DNA of 64,000 nucleotides from Octopus vulgaris. Taxonomy: Eukaryota. The notes under the pieces were generated by a model that saw only the letters and a list, made by a program, of their open reading frames with translations, was not told the DNA's origin and ran no database searches. Every line of letters begins with the position of its first letter. Position 1 is the first letter of the stretch. The stretch covers positions 29,822,001 through 29,886,000 of the forward strand of contig OX597815.1 in assembly GCA_951406725.2 (NCBI GenBank), written 5' to 3'. This document shows positions 25,681 to 39,658 of this stretch, one piece after another. A program made the position numbers and the translations under genes.

Positions 25681-27531
25681 TTACATTTTATGAGAGTAAA
25701 GAACATTGCTACATATTGGTAAAATATTGTTATTCTAATGAAATTTGACGGAGATATTTCTGACATATAAGCTTCATGATTAATATTCAATTTTGTGAGG
25801 AATTTCATTGAGTATTTTCCTGATTTTGTAATTTTCTAGCGTGAGGTGGTGTGTTGCGATCGCTCTTTGCTCTAAATACATTGTGAGCCTACGATATAGT
25901 ATTGTATTAGTATATTCATTGTAATAGCTGAAGTCCTGAACACTTTCAGTATAATAGTCAAATTCGCATATTATGTTAGTCATTTGTTGCTTGTAGCGTG
26001 TTATCCATAAATGGCACCTTGCTTTTGCGGCTTTTGTAGTATATATTCTTAGTTCTAATTTATAGTCAAATGTGACGCATTTTGTGTTTCGTCTTATGGT
26101 TTTTTAAAAATTTTGTATTCGTCTGTTCGATAGATGTTCGGAATTTGGTTCATATAGTAATTTTTATGTGTGATTTGTGCATTTTTATTGGGTGTATTCT
26201 CTTATGTATTTGTTGTACTTGTGTCTGTAGTTTTCTACAAACTACTAGACCGTACTTACCATCAGCTTCTGTAATCAACTTATTAAAATTTCTTTAAGAT
26301 ATTATACTTGAAAACAGAAACAATTTACTCCCTGATCCATAGCCTGTAGTAGTAACGTCTTTATTGGAATGAAAACAACTTCACTACGTATTCACGTTTA
26401 CAATGAATCGAGATTTAAGAATAAACTAGAGCTCTGTCCAAATGTAGAAGATTTTGTACTCGAAATTCTTTTCACAATAACAGTAAAGTTTACCATAGTA
26501 GACACATTCTATGTATCTCAATCTTTTTCTGTTAGATTACGATATAACTAATTTTGGAGACCTTGTATCATTAGGATATCAGAATAATTAACAAGCAATA
26601 GTTAAAGTTTATAGTCTCCAATGGTATTTCCCTCTAAAAGTAATGATTTGCTACGTTATACTTTGGTATCATGTTTACCCATTTGAGACAAAACTTTTAG
26701 GGTAAACGTTTTGAAAATAGTCCATATTCATCTTCATTTGAAACTAGCTCTAGTGAATATTTAACTCTTTCTATGATATTCTGCAACTGTGCTGAAAATT
26801 CCGATGCAGTCTGGATGTTAGCACTTGCTGATTTCTCTGTTATCCAAATACTATAGAGATTAGATCATGTCTTGAACTTTTCAAATAATCCACGAGAAGT
26901 AAATAGCAAACGTTTGAGTGACTTGCGCAACATCTTTCTTCAATTGATTAAATAAATTTAACGCCTTCTACCGGCTAATGGCCTGCGAGAGTGCTCAGTG
27001 ACATTGTGACACATCAACCTTCCAAATATTAAAAAATATATATATATATTTCCCATCATTTTATTAAGTTTGTGTTTTCGTTAACAAGCGTGACGCACAC
27101 TTTGAAATTTGCATGGTAGCTGTTGTCAGATTAATTAATTATAGTTTTCTACAGTTGACAATGCAAGTTCTAATTCTGCAACAGTATTTCCTTTACTGCT
27201 CTTCATACTATTTTTATAATCTTTATTTTAATACCTGGTGGAATTGTTTTACGTCTACGTGACAAGCGTAACAAGGTGGGACAACAAGAGCAATGAATAA
27301 TTAAAAAAATCAGCACTTAAAGAAATTACGAAATTGATACACGAATGGGTTGATGTAGCACGAGTGAAAACTTCAGAGCGTGAAAACAATCCAACTATGA
27401 CTGACTGATAGCTTTTCTTGTGCAGTCTATTAAAACAAATAAAAAACATTCTTTATAAAAAGGCTCAAATATAAGCGGGACACACTAGCGATAGCTAGCA
27501 ATGATAAAGAATATTTTTCGTGAGCTTAACA

Positions 27532-27571
<40 letters not shown>

Positions 27572-27672
27572 GTGCTTATACATACATACATACATACATA
27601 CATACATACATACAAACATGTATATATATATATAAATATAAAAGCCAATATATACATACACACACCTATTCT

Positions 27673-27721
<49 letters not shown>

Positions 27722-27724
<3 letters not shown>

Positions 27725-27915
27725 GGAGAATTCACGAAAAAAACAGAAGACGAAGACAGGTGGTGTAGAAAACAAACAGATGTATTAGTGTAACGCTCAG
27801 AAATTGAAAAAGTCTTTTGCGTTTCGAGCCTACGCTCTTACACAGAAAGGAACACAGAAAGAAATAAGGCGAGAAAAAAATGTGTGTAGTGGCTACCGAT
27901 CTATCATGGCGACTT
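27722..27915 (-). mobile_element. Penelope-like solo pseudo-LTR with degenerate hammerhead
   Basis: Minus CTTT-CTGTGTA-AGAGCGTAGGCTC-GAAACGCA-AAAG at 27814-27849; between (TA)n tracts. Confidence 0.65.
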
Positions 27916-27918
27916 TTC

Positions 27919-27986
<68 letters not shown>

Positions 27987-29404
27987 ACATATATGTATAC
28001 ATCTATGTATGTCCGTATATATAATATGAATAGGTATGTGTGCATGTATCAGCATTTATCATTTATATTAGGCCGTATTCTTTGCTGATGATAGTAATTG
28101 GGTGTTTATATCAAAGATCAGACTCTTAGACTTTAGAACTAGCTGTTTTGCTTGTTGCAAAATCAGCGACTGTGTGTCGCTTGAATTCATATATATTGCG
28201 AGCAGAGACGAGCTACTGCCGTCTATAGCAGACGATGTGTCCAGGACTGAAGAAAAGCAGAAATAGCCCAAAACCAGGCTGGTCTGCTGGTCCCGTCGCT
28301 AGAAAGTGGTGGGGGTTTGCTCCCCTGCTCGCAATATATCGGATGAAGCTTCGCGTCGTTAACCAGCTGGAGCAGATGTCCCCTTGGGGTTAAAAATTCG
28401 CAGTAAACTCTGTTCGAACGGAACAGCCATGTTGAAGTGGCTACGAACATTACTTGCTTGTACAACTACAGCGTTCATCTCTCAGAGAGATTTTAGAACT
28501 AGGTTTTTTAAAAATGTAGTTGTATAGAAATAACACTATATAGAAATAACTTGTTATTTTATGCGTTCCAGTACTTATGTATGTATGTACAATTTTTTGT
28601 ATACAGGTTGTATTTATGTTTAAACGTAAGTGTATATGTCTATATAAGTCTCTCTTCCTCTCTCTCATTCTCCAACTGCCTATCTAAAACAGATGTAATA
28701 TCTCTTGTCATATCTGGAAGGTGCAGATTGTTCTGTGTTGAATAATATTCTTTGAGTGTATTTGAGTTTTCTTTTACCAGGCGTGATTTAACTTCATGGC
28801 AATCGCTGCATTCGGATATACACCCAACACATTGATTGCATTTAATAATAATAATAACAATTATAATGATAATAATAATAATAATAACAACAACAACAAT
28901 AATAATATAATAATAATGATGATGATGATGATGATGATGATGATAATAGCTAACATATATAAGTAAATATATATAAACAGGAACAGAAAGATTATTTGAT
29001 TCAATTTTTCTTTCTTTTAAAAGGTGTAATCTAATATAGCTACAAGCTTCCCTTATCTTATTCACAAACATTTCCTAAGTAATCATTTTTATCGTAAACT
29101 CCTCAATAAAAATGATTTCAAAGTCATCTACAGTTGTACCCAAAATATGGCTACTCCCCAAACCAAGATCAATAGCAACAATTACGCTTGTAGAAATACT
29201 AAGGATTCATCAGCTCACAGCAGTTGTAGTAACGTAACTTAATTTCCTTTTGATAGCATCACATTTGGAACATGTGTAATGTACAACGGTAAGTTCCATA
29301 GATTGTCTTCAAATAATTATATTGTCTTTACTAAGACATTTCAGAGTCGCTTCTAAATAAAATTTGCTATATTTAGAAACACGAGACACTCTCCCGCTCT
29401 CATT

Positions 29405-29515
29405 CGCTCACTCACTCACTCACTCACTCACTCAGTCACTCACTCAGTTACCCACTCACTCACTCACTCACTCACTCACTCACTCACTCACTCACTCACT
29501 CACTCACTCACTCAC
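29405..29515. repeat. (CACT)n microsatellite
   Basis: Direct reading. Confidence 0.95.
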
Positions 29516-29866
29516 ACTCTCTCATTCTCTGGAGTATGTCATCTCTTTGCTTTACTTCTCTGATTCCATTATTTGTTTACAGACTATGTCCAAGCATTAA
29601 TCGTGGATTATCTCTACATTTCGAATCTTACATGCCTTGCTCTTTCTTGTGAGACTTCGTCTTTCATTTCTCCAGACTCCACAAAATAAAGTATCACTCG
29701 AGTAGTGGGGTGGATGGTACTGGACTAGATCCCCACCTTTAAAATTGCTATCTTCTTGTTTCGATAAGAAGCAATTACTTTTATCCTGACTGAATAATGT
29801 TTTCTTTCTTATTAGAAATGTCTTATGTTTCGGTCAGTTTTCTTATAAGAAATATATTTTACTTTA

Positions 29867-30135
29867 TTGTGTTTGGGGAGAGTCATTTTCTTTTTGTGCC
29901 TTATTATGTAACACACTCACCGGCAAAATTTCCACGTTTTTCTTATTTTTATTGTCCAAAAATTTTTGTTGCATCTTGCATTCTTTTCAATAGTTTTGAG
30001 AGTCAAAACTATTGAAAAGGTTGCAAGATGCAACGAAAATTTTAGGATAATAAAAATAAGAAAAACATAGAAATTTTACCGGTGAGTGTGTTATATAATA
30101 AGGCACAAAAAGAAAATGACTCTCCCGAGACACAA
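29867..30135. mobile_element. Palindromic MITE (~270-bp hairpin) flanked by TA
   Basis: TTGTGTTTGGGGAGAGTCATTTTC...GAAAATGACTCTCCCGAGACACAA; arms complementary up to a tiny loop near 30000. Confidence 0.85.
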
Positions 30136-30499
30136 TAGAATATGCTTCAACACACGAACTCATATAAAGAATCTTGCAAACCAAATCCAAAAACGAAATA
30201 TTTTACTTTATTTTTCTATTTAATCGCTAGTCATAACCATACGCATACACACTACATGATGAGTAACCGCGGTGGGATCCATATATTATGCACACATGCT
30301 TGTGTGGGTTTTTACATATATGCATGTGTTATTTAGAGTGTTTGTATATGTACGAGTCTTTCTACAGTATGTTATGCTTCATTACTATGCAAGTTTAGTA
30401 TATGGATCTTAAAAGTTTTATCAAAAGTTTTCCCCCACCTCAAAGTATTGTAAATTTCATTAAAGCAAGAAATATAAAGAGAGAGTTAGAGATAAAGAA

Positions 30500-30542
<43 letters not shown>

Positions 30543-32550
30543 GAGGGAGAGTAAGAGAGACTTAAAGGTGTAGTAATATATATCAATGTGAACCAAAGAG
30601 AGTTTATGGATATATGTGTAGCCTGCAATGAGAGATGCAGAATAAGTAGGTTATATATAGAAAAACTGGTGGAGGCGAATGTTTTTGACATGATATAACA
30701 CCGATTACGTTCAAGGTAACGCAATACCGAATGCAACGATAAAAAATGGTAGAATAAGTTAAAAGTAGAGGTTGAAAAAGCATGATGGTAATATTTCTAT
30801 CAATAAATTATGTTTATTAATTAATAAAAGCTGAAAAAAGTAATCAAAAGAATTTGACATTTAAGAGAAATGCTTCTTGAGCTGCCGTGAAATTGCGTAA
30901 CTAAAAGATTTATCTTGGAAATGTGTTCGTGGAGATATTTCAGTATCTTGTTAACTGAGTTTAATGAGTTTACTTTTGCATACTATACTTAACCCTGCAA
31001 GTTAACAGAACTTGTAAATCATGTAGTGAACATGTGCAAAACTATGTACTGTATTTTACTTTGATACTTATTTATCGCTATGTGTGTCTTACGAATGGAG
31101 ACATTGAAAATTAAGAGTCAATGTTAGAAAACAGACCACAACCGCTGTGCTGCGATACAAAACATTGATTTCACTAGAGGCTGTTACAGTACTGTCTCAG
31201 CTGCTACTACACAACCATAGCATACTGAGTAAGTTCATCTATTCCAATCCACATGGATTCAAAGGAGAGGTATTCAGCTCCAGTTTCTGAAGCATTAAGT
31301 ATATCTAGCCTATATCTATCTCCTTAAATAGGGCACTAGTCTAATGCATATAGCTTTTCACTCGGGAATCAAACTCAGCCATGTAACTCAACAAAATTTA
31401 GTACTGATAAACCTACAGCGATAAACAAAACCATTCTGTAATAATCACATAGGGCTAGGTGAACTTGGTTGGTCGAGTGATTTAAGTATCTTGGTCATGC
31501 ATACAATATTAACTATGAATCGCTAACCCCTGGTCTTGTAAATATATAAAAGTATTATAGCGAATAAAGAGCAAATATTTCTTCTAGGGTATAGCTAAGC
31601 ATTTTAAGAAGTGTTAACACTTGCTCGACCTCGAACATTTTAACGCATGTAACTTATCAATAATAATAATAATAATTTTAGGGACTATTTAAAAACTAAC
31701 ACTCGCTCGGTAACAATGATTTTCCAAACTTTTAACCATTCTATATAAGTATTTTCGTGTTGTTACATTCCAAAACAATCTTCTCACGACAATTCTTGGA
31801 ACATATCTTTAGGTATATAATTCAACGTAACGCCTTTACAAATATCCTTACACAATGATAGTTGTGAAATATAGATATCTTCTATGTAGATTCTATGTAT
31901 ATCACATCATAATTATATCTAAGGGACAAACTTTTCGCATTTAGTATTTCAGTGTTTTTGACTACTGGGATCGCTTCGAGAACATGAGTACGCTATTCAA
32001 CATTGAACAGTGTTCCAGAAACTGTTGGAAAGGAATCTAATTTTCACAGAATATAATGAAATTGTATATGATATTACTGGCTCTATTTTATGAGTAAGCG
32101 AATATTATTACTAGCTTTGTTTTATGAGTAAGCGAATATTTAATATTATATAAGTACACATGCGTATTGGTATAAATATGACCAAATTGCATATATGCAC
32201 ACATATTATATGCAACATTGCGTATATACATAAATATTCATAGATGAGCAAATTAATCTGGTACCTGGCAACTAACCAAATGGGAGCGCTTCGATTTGTA
32301 TCGTTACACTTATCTCTCAAAAGGCTTTGAATGGCAGGTTGTAACGTTTGCAACCAGTGATGGTTGTAGGGAAAAAAAACATCGCATTTTGCAATCAACT
32401 TAAAACACCTTGACACCACATTTTAAAAAAGAATCTTCACAAAACAACTGTTTCTGCAGAAACAATTGTGTATGTGCTAAGACTAGATTAATATGGGACA
32501 ACATACTATGTACACGCCCAAACATATGTGTATGTGTGTGTGTGTGTGTG

Positions 32551-32606
<56 letters not shown>

Positions 32607-32724
32607 AATAATCATAAGGGTGAAAAATTGAATATTAATTTGATTAATACCAATTTAAAACCAGTGGTCTAGCATATAGAAAAGTCTGAAGATTCAGAAA
32701 AATTATAGAACCCACCTGATGCAA

Positions 32725-33983
32725 CCCTCAGGCATTAGTCTGTCGACCGGCGTCGTGGTTTGCAGTCGGGCTGTCACGTGGTGCGTCTTCCTTTTGCAGT
32801 GCTTCTCCCCCTGTTTTGTCGATTTTTGCGATGGCTGAAACGAAGGAACAGCGTGCTTCCGTGAAATTCTGTTTTCTGCCGAGGAAAACGGCGACCGAAA
32901 CAGTTGTCATGCATCAAACAGCTTACAAGGGTGCTGTCATGAACAAAACACAAGTTTACAAGTAATTTTCACGCTTTAGTTGAATGGTCACTTGTCGGTT
33001 GAAGACCAACCTTGTTCAGGTTCATTGTCAACCTCCCGAACGAATGAAGACATCACAAAAATTCATGAATTGATCTCAGAGGACCGTCACCGAACAATTG
33101 ATGAACTTGGTGATATGACTGGTGTATCCTGGAGCTCCTGCCAACAAATTCCGAGGGAGCAATTGCGAATGAAAAGAGTTGCAGAAAAAATTGTGCTTTG
33201 CTTGCTCAAAGAGGATCAAAAGCAGTCACGACTGATTGCGTATCGTGAACTGAAAGAATAATTGGAAGTTGATCCGGACCTTTATTCGAAAGTCATCACT
33301 GGTGATAAAAGGTGGTGCTACGGTTACGAGCCAGAAATGAAGCAGCAATCAGATCAATGGAAGCATTCAATGTCACTGCGCCCCACCCCAAAAGCGCGTC
33401 AAGTGAAATCCAATGCCAAGACGATGCTGGTTTGTTTCATCGATGTGAAAGGAATGTCCACACAGAATTTGTTTCTCCTGGTCAAACAGTTAACCAGACA
33501 TTTTACTTGGCAGTTCTGAAGCATTTGCAACAAGCGGTGAGACGAAAACGCCGCGATCTATGACAAAGTGAAGAGCGGTGGTTTCATTTCGACAATGCGC
33601 CTGCGCACACCACCTTAAGTTTAAGACAGTTTTTGACTAAAAATGGCATGACCCCACTTATCTACCCTCTCTAATCTTCCGATCTTGCTTCCTGCGACAC
33701 TTTTTGTCCACCTCCCCAAATGAAAAAAGCCCTTAAAAGAAAACGTTTTGCAGATGTGGAAGAGGTGAAGAAAAACAAAATCAACAGAGGCATCGAAAGA
33801 CATAATTTCGCAGGAGTTCCAAGACTATTTCGAACAGTGGAAAACGCGTCTAGACCGATGCATTGTTTCAAATGGCGAATACTTTGAAGGCAATAAAAGT
33901 GTAAACAAAAAAAAAAAACCCCAAAAAAACTAAGTGAATAAAATAATATTTTCAAATTCCAGTTTCTTTTGGGTACCCCCTCG
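32725..33983 (+). mobile_element. Defective mariner transposon (transposase pseudogene from ~32831; 3' TIR present)
   Basis: EQRASVKFCF, ITGDKRWCYGYEPE, FVSPGQTVN, HFDNAPAH, SDLASCD motifs with stops and frameshifts; ends GGGTACCCCCTCG|TA. Confidence 0.92.
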
Positions 33984-34628
33984 TATATATATATCATAAA
34001 CGACTTCTATTTCTGGAGAAAGGACACTGTGATGACTCCTCACTGTCACTCTTCTGACAGTGAATTGTAGCCTATTCAGAGAGAGAGAGGGAGAGAGGGA
34101 GAGAGAGAGAGAGAGGGGGGGATGGGGGGGAGTATTTCGGCTGCATTTGAACTCAGAACGTAGAGAACCGGAGCAAATACTGGCTATTTTTGGTGGAGTT
34201 GGAGTGCAATTCTAAATTTATATTTCATACAGTGAATTTATGCCTACATAATCCTATATATTGTTATTTCTTAAGGTATATTTTCAGTGTTGTGTCGCTG
34301 ATAAATCTAGCACGTCGCGTGACAAGTGGTTGCTAATTCTAACAGATTGTGCGACAACGCAGAGGCTTCCTTTTCTGTTTGTTTTAAATTTTTCATATTA
34401 TAAAATCTATAACATCTCGTTATTCTTTGGGAATATGGAATGAATAAAGAGGGAAATACAGAATGGATTAAGTTCTGTAGTTCTACTTGTGTAAACGAAA
34501 CCTAATTTTTTACGTTAGATCATTCATCAATGCACGGCTTCAATTTATATTCAATGAAACTACATATGAGATAAACATTGGTATAAAAACTAATCTCTCT
34601 ATATTATCATTTAATATTTCTATATCTG

Positions 34629-34936
34629 AAGGTGGCGAGTTGGCAAAATCATTTGCACACCGGACAACAATGTTTAGCAGCATTTTAAAAAGAATACCCG
34701 GATTCTTCATTTCCGTAATTTTAAGGCGGCACACTGGCAGAATCGTTAGCATGCCGGGCAAAATTCTTAACGGCTTTTTGGACGTCTTTATGGCCGGAGT
34801 TCAAATTCCGCCAAGGTCGACTTTGCCATTCATCTTCACAGGATCGATAGAATTAGAACCAGTTGAACACTGGTGTCGTTGTAACCGACTTATCCCCTCT
34901 CCCGAAATAGCTGGCCCTGTGCCACCATTTGAAATC
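34629..34936 (+). mobile_element. Double-headed family A SINE with 16-bp TSD AATATTTCTATATCTG
   Basis: TSD at 34613-34628 and 34937-34952; two head segments. Confidence 0.8.
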
Positions 34937-35115
34937 AATATTTCTATATCTGGAATTCACATGTTTAAGATAAGTTCCTATGCCATGGGAAGAAGTGGAA
35001 TTAGATTCCTCTTCTCTCCAAAGCATAACAAATTAAGAATGTATATAAACTCACGAACTTCACTGTCTATATACTTATTGCTGGCATAGATCACCACACC
35101 AGTTTTCTCAGGCTC

Positions 35116-35147
<32 letters not shown>

Positions 35148-35149
<2 letters not shown>

Positions 35150-35294
35150 CGCAGGAGTGGGTGTGCGGTAAGTAGCTTGCTTACCAATCACATGGTTCTG
35201 GGTCCAGTCCCACTGCGTGGCACCTTGAGCAAGAGTCTTCTGCTATAGCCTCGGGCCGACCAAAGCAGTAGACGGAAACTGAAAGGAGCCCGTC

Positions 35295-35356
<62 letters not shown>

Positions 35357-35580
35357 ATGTATATGTGTGTGTGTGTGTATGTATATGTTTGTGTGTCTGT
35401 ATTTGTCCCAACATCATCGCTTGACAACCGATGTTGGTGTGCTTACGTCCCCGTAATATAGCGGTTCGGCAAAAGAGCCCGATAGAATAAGTACTAGGCT
35501 TACAAAAAATAAGTCCTCAGGTCAATTTGTTGCATGTCCGCAGTCAAATGACTGAAGCAAAGAAAATAAATAATAAAAGA
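35148..35580 (+). mobile_element. SINE family B
   Basis: Homologous to 2173-2584. Confidence 0.9.
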
Positions 35581-37408
35581 ATACAGTATGTATGTTGTCT
35601 CTTCTATTTTTTAATTATCATAAATCTTCCACTGAGGAGGGGACCGGTTTGCAACAAAGATACAAGGCTCCATCTTTGGGATGTAGTTAACACTAACAAA
35701 TTCACATTTGAGAAAAGTCTTGCATATTGTTATTGTTCGAATCACAGATTGGACTTGTGATGCACGAATCAGCCGGTCAATTTCTCTTGCTGAAATCCCA
35801 GTTTATCTAGATTCTCCTTTTATGTATGTATGTATGTACGTATGTATGCATGTATGTATGTATGTATGTATGTATGTATGTATGTATGTATGTATGTATG
35901 TATGTATGTATGTATGTATGTATGTATGTGTATATGTATGAGTGTGTGTATGCATGTATGTATGTCATTGTTCAGTTTTATTTCAAGATTTCTTGCCAAT
36001 AGAGTAAGAGCCGATTTCTAACCTAGATCCAAGGCTCCTTTGGAATTTCAGCATCGACAACAGGGTACTTTTGTATGTATGTATGTATGTATGTATGTAT
36101 GTATGTATGTATGTATGTATGTATGTATGTATGTATGTATGTATGTATGTATGTACGTATGTATGTATGTATGTATGTATGTGTGTGTGTGTGTGTGTGT
36201 GTACGTGTGTGCATGCATGCATGAGGTGTGTGTGTGTCTGTTTGCATATCTGCCTATCAGAATATTCATTATGGATTGCGGTTAGCAATATATTTCTAGA
36301 GTAGCTAAGTTACAGGACATTAAGGAACACAACATAGATAGCAGTGTAAGCATAAATATATACACATACGCACGCACATACTCACACACGCATAAACGGG
36401 CATACATGCACATTCATAAATGTTCCTTTATAAAGAGTAACTATTATATTTTCGGATTTATGCAGCCAAAATGTAGTTGTACCGTTTTAGTTGAACATGT
36501 TTTTTCCCGATCTAATATCAATACTTATTTAAAATGTAATCAATGTAACGTATATAAAACCTACTCATTCCCTGCTCTTTTCGAAATCATTTGTTTAATG
36601 GAGCGCTATTTTTCTCGACAGTTGAAATTGAAAGCATACTATTTGAAGGAACCTCTCTCTATGATAGCATATACTTTGAGAGTCGAAATTTTTATTTATA
36701 TATATTTACAAGTTAAATGAGTATATTATTAAAAAACAATTTAATTTCAAAAATATAATGAGGATCGATTAAATATTCTACTAAAATAGTAATTCAGCCT
36801 CTTTTCTTTTTTAATTGGTTACTGGCTTTTATTATAGACGGTTCAGTCATTCAAACGTTATCAGCACGATTCGTTTCCCATTCAGAACAATCTACTCTTT
36901 ATTAACTTTGCTTCGTAAACTTTGTGAAATGAAATTATATTTATATAATTTACAAGTTAATTGAATTTATATTAATCTATTATGAAAAAAACAATTATAA
37001 TTTTTAAAAAATTAATAAGAATTCATTAAATATTTATTGATTAAAAGAGATTCGAACATTAGCAGTATAACAAAAGTGTGGTTTTAATTTTATTTTTGTG
37101 GAATTTTGGAAGTATAATACGAAATAAACGTCAATATGTAACTGAGAGTAGATAACAGACAATAAACAATGGGAAAAGTGATTATAGGTAAAAAGGCAAG
37201 TGGAAATTGTTAATGGAGTTAAAGGTCTGCCTCCCTATCTGTCTCCCTACATAACACATTGACTCGTTCGCCACTATCTTCCTCCCTCATTCCCTCTCAG
37301 CCGCACTTTATCCCACAATCATTCTTTCTCTCTTTCTCTCTTGGAGAGAAGATTATAACATATTCAGATCAAATTGCTATTTGATTCTATTATTACATAA
37401 TTCCTCTC

Positions 37409-37977
37409 AAACGGCGAGCTGGCAGAAACGTTAGCACGCCGGACGAAATGCTGAGTGGTATTTCGTCCGCCGCTACGTTCTGAGTTCAAATTCCGCCGAG
37501 GTCGACTTTGCCTTTCATCCTTTCGGTGTCGATAAAATAAAGTACCAGTTACGCACTGGGGTCGATGTAATCGACTTAATACCTATGTCTGTCCTTGTTT
37601 GTTCCCTCTGTGTTTAGCCCCCTGTGGGTAATAAAGAAATAGGTATTTCGTCCGCCGCTGCGTTCTGAGTTCAAATTCCGCCGAGGTCAACTTTGCCTTT
37701 CATCCTTTCGGGGTCGATAAATTAAGTACCAGTGAAACACTGGGGTCGATGTAATCGACTTAATACCTATGTCTGTCCTTGTCTGTCCCCTCTATGTTTA
37801 GCCCTTCTCGTTTCGTTCACAGGTCAAATTCCACGGAGGCCGACTTTGCCTTTCACATTTTCGGAGTCGATAAAATAAGTACCAGTTGAGTATTGAGATC
37901 GGTGTAATCGACTTTCCTTCTCAGTCAGCATTTCAGTGCTTTTTACTTTTTTGAATAATTATAGAAAGAATTATTAT
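37409..37977 (+). mobile_element. Composite family A SINE bounded by 12-bp direct repeat ATAATTCCTCTC
   Basis: Direct repeats at 37397-37408 and 37978-37989; three copies of the central domain. Confidence 0.85.
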
Positions 37978-38969
37978 ATAATTCCTCTCTTCGTGGGAAA
38001 TATGTATATATTATAATTATTATTTACCATCAATTTTATGATCATTATTAATATTTACTCCTCGGTTTACAAACCATGAACGTATTTATCCCTGAGATAC
38101 CCAATACAAAATATTTGAATGCATATGCATAGATAAACTGAACTATAAAACAAAACAAAACAAAACGAAACAAAACAAAAAAACACAACTTTTTAAAAAT
38201 AAAATAAATAACAGGAGGGGAGCCGCTTGATTCCATCAAATGAAATTCTTTATATTTGCTCGCATAAAGCGAAATATTTGCTATGTAATTTTCCAACGAT
38301 AGATCCACAATTAAAAATAATCAATAAGAATGTTCCGACGTTATCACATTCTATATTCTAATTTCCGTTTTTGATTTTCGTGTTTTTCCACTTATCTCTT
38401 TTACTTTGCTTTATCGAGTTACAGGCTGTTTTAGAAACGTAGAAGGATTTCTGACAGTGCTTTGAAAGATATTTTTTTTTCTCGATACGTGATCCGTCCT
38501 CTTTCTCACTTTCTCAACTCTTTACATTTCTTTGTTAATATTGAACTATTTTGTAATATTTGAACATGAATAACATTTTGCGAATATATTTTAAAGACTC
38601 TGCAATCAATACGATCGAATTATACAGTTATTTACCTTCTTACTTTTCATTTGTTTCTCAATTACTTGATCCTAATCTTTGCATAGAAATCGACTAAAAT
38701 ATTTTATTTATTTGGTTTTATCTTTAGACATGTCTCTAACCAAATAATTCCTTTTTGTTTTTATGATCTGAAAATTCTTAGTTTCTTGTTTCATTACACA
38801 AATATCGTTCGAAGATCGGTGACGCAAAGCTTACACCCGAAATTTGAACTTTTAGTGTCAACTAATATAGTTAGACACTCTGTCTTAAGTATTGATTATT
38901 GTTTTCCCTGTCGTGCTTACATTGAAGTCTTTTGTTCAAGTGTTTAAACACGCACATTCACGTATATGC

Positions 38970-39165
38970 TCAGCTGGCCAAAATGAGTGCGTACGTGTAA
39001 TTCAACCCTGTCACATTCTGTGTGACGCTGAATCTCGCTGAGAACTTCGTTAAGGGCACGTGTGCATGTGCAGTACTCAACCATTTGCATGTTAATTTCA
39101 GGAGCAGGCTGTTCTGTTGATCGTATCAGCTTGAACAGTTGTCGTCATAACCGACGGAGTGCGAG
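38970..39165 (+). mobile_element. SINE family C 3' portion
   Basis: GAATCTCGCTGAGAACTTCGTTAAGGG..GTTAATTTCA.GAGCAGGCTGTTC..AACCGACGGAGTGC. Confidence 0.75.
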
Positions 39166-39228
<63 letters not shown>

Positions 39229-39375
39229 TGAAAAGTTAACACGAAACCGGTAATTTCTTCAAAAACTATGTCACTGTATGAAAACATTTTATAACATTCT
39301 TCTGACATAATGACTCAAATATATTTCTTAACCTTTTAAAACAAGCCTTCTGTAGTTTTTTCACTTTTTACTATT

Positions 39376-39433
<58 letters not shown>

Positions 39434-39442
39434 ATATGTATA

Positions 39443-39658
39443 AAGTTAATCCAAACATGAAAATACAAAGAGAAAACACAACAAAGCGAGGACGTGGAAC
39501 AAGTATAGTGTTATTGGACGCTCAGGAAAGGAAAGAAATAAGGAGGATTTAACGTTTCGAGCGGAGCTCTTCGTCAGAAACATAGGAAAAGGAAAGATCC
39601 TAGGAAGGGAAGACGGAGGAAAAAAATCGCCAACGATACACACGCGGTCACATTTTGA

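Noticed and set aside
28244-28270. CTGAAGA...GAAA hammerhead-like string (similar isolated CTGANGA at 5376, 19219, 32688, 59851)
   Set aside because: No stem I/II pairing or NUH site in the required register.
34487-35089. 200-aa ORF
   Set aside because: Runs through family A SINE sequence; chance open frame.
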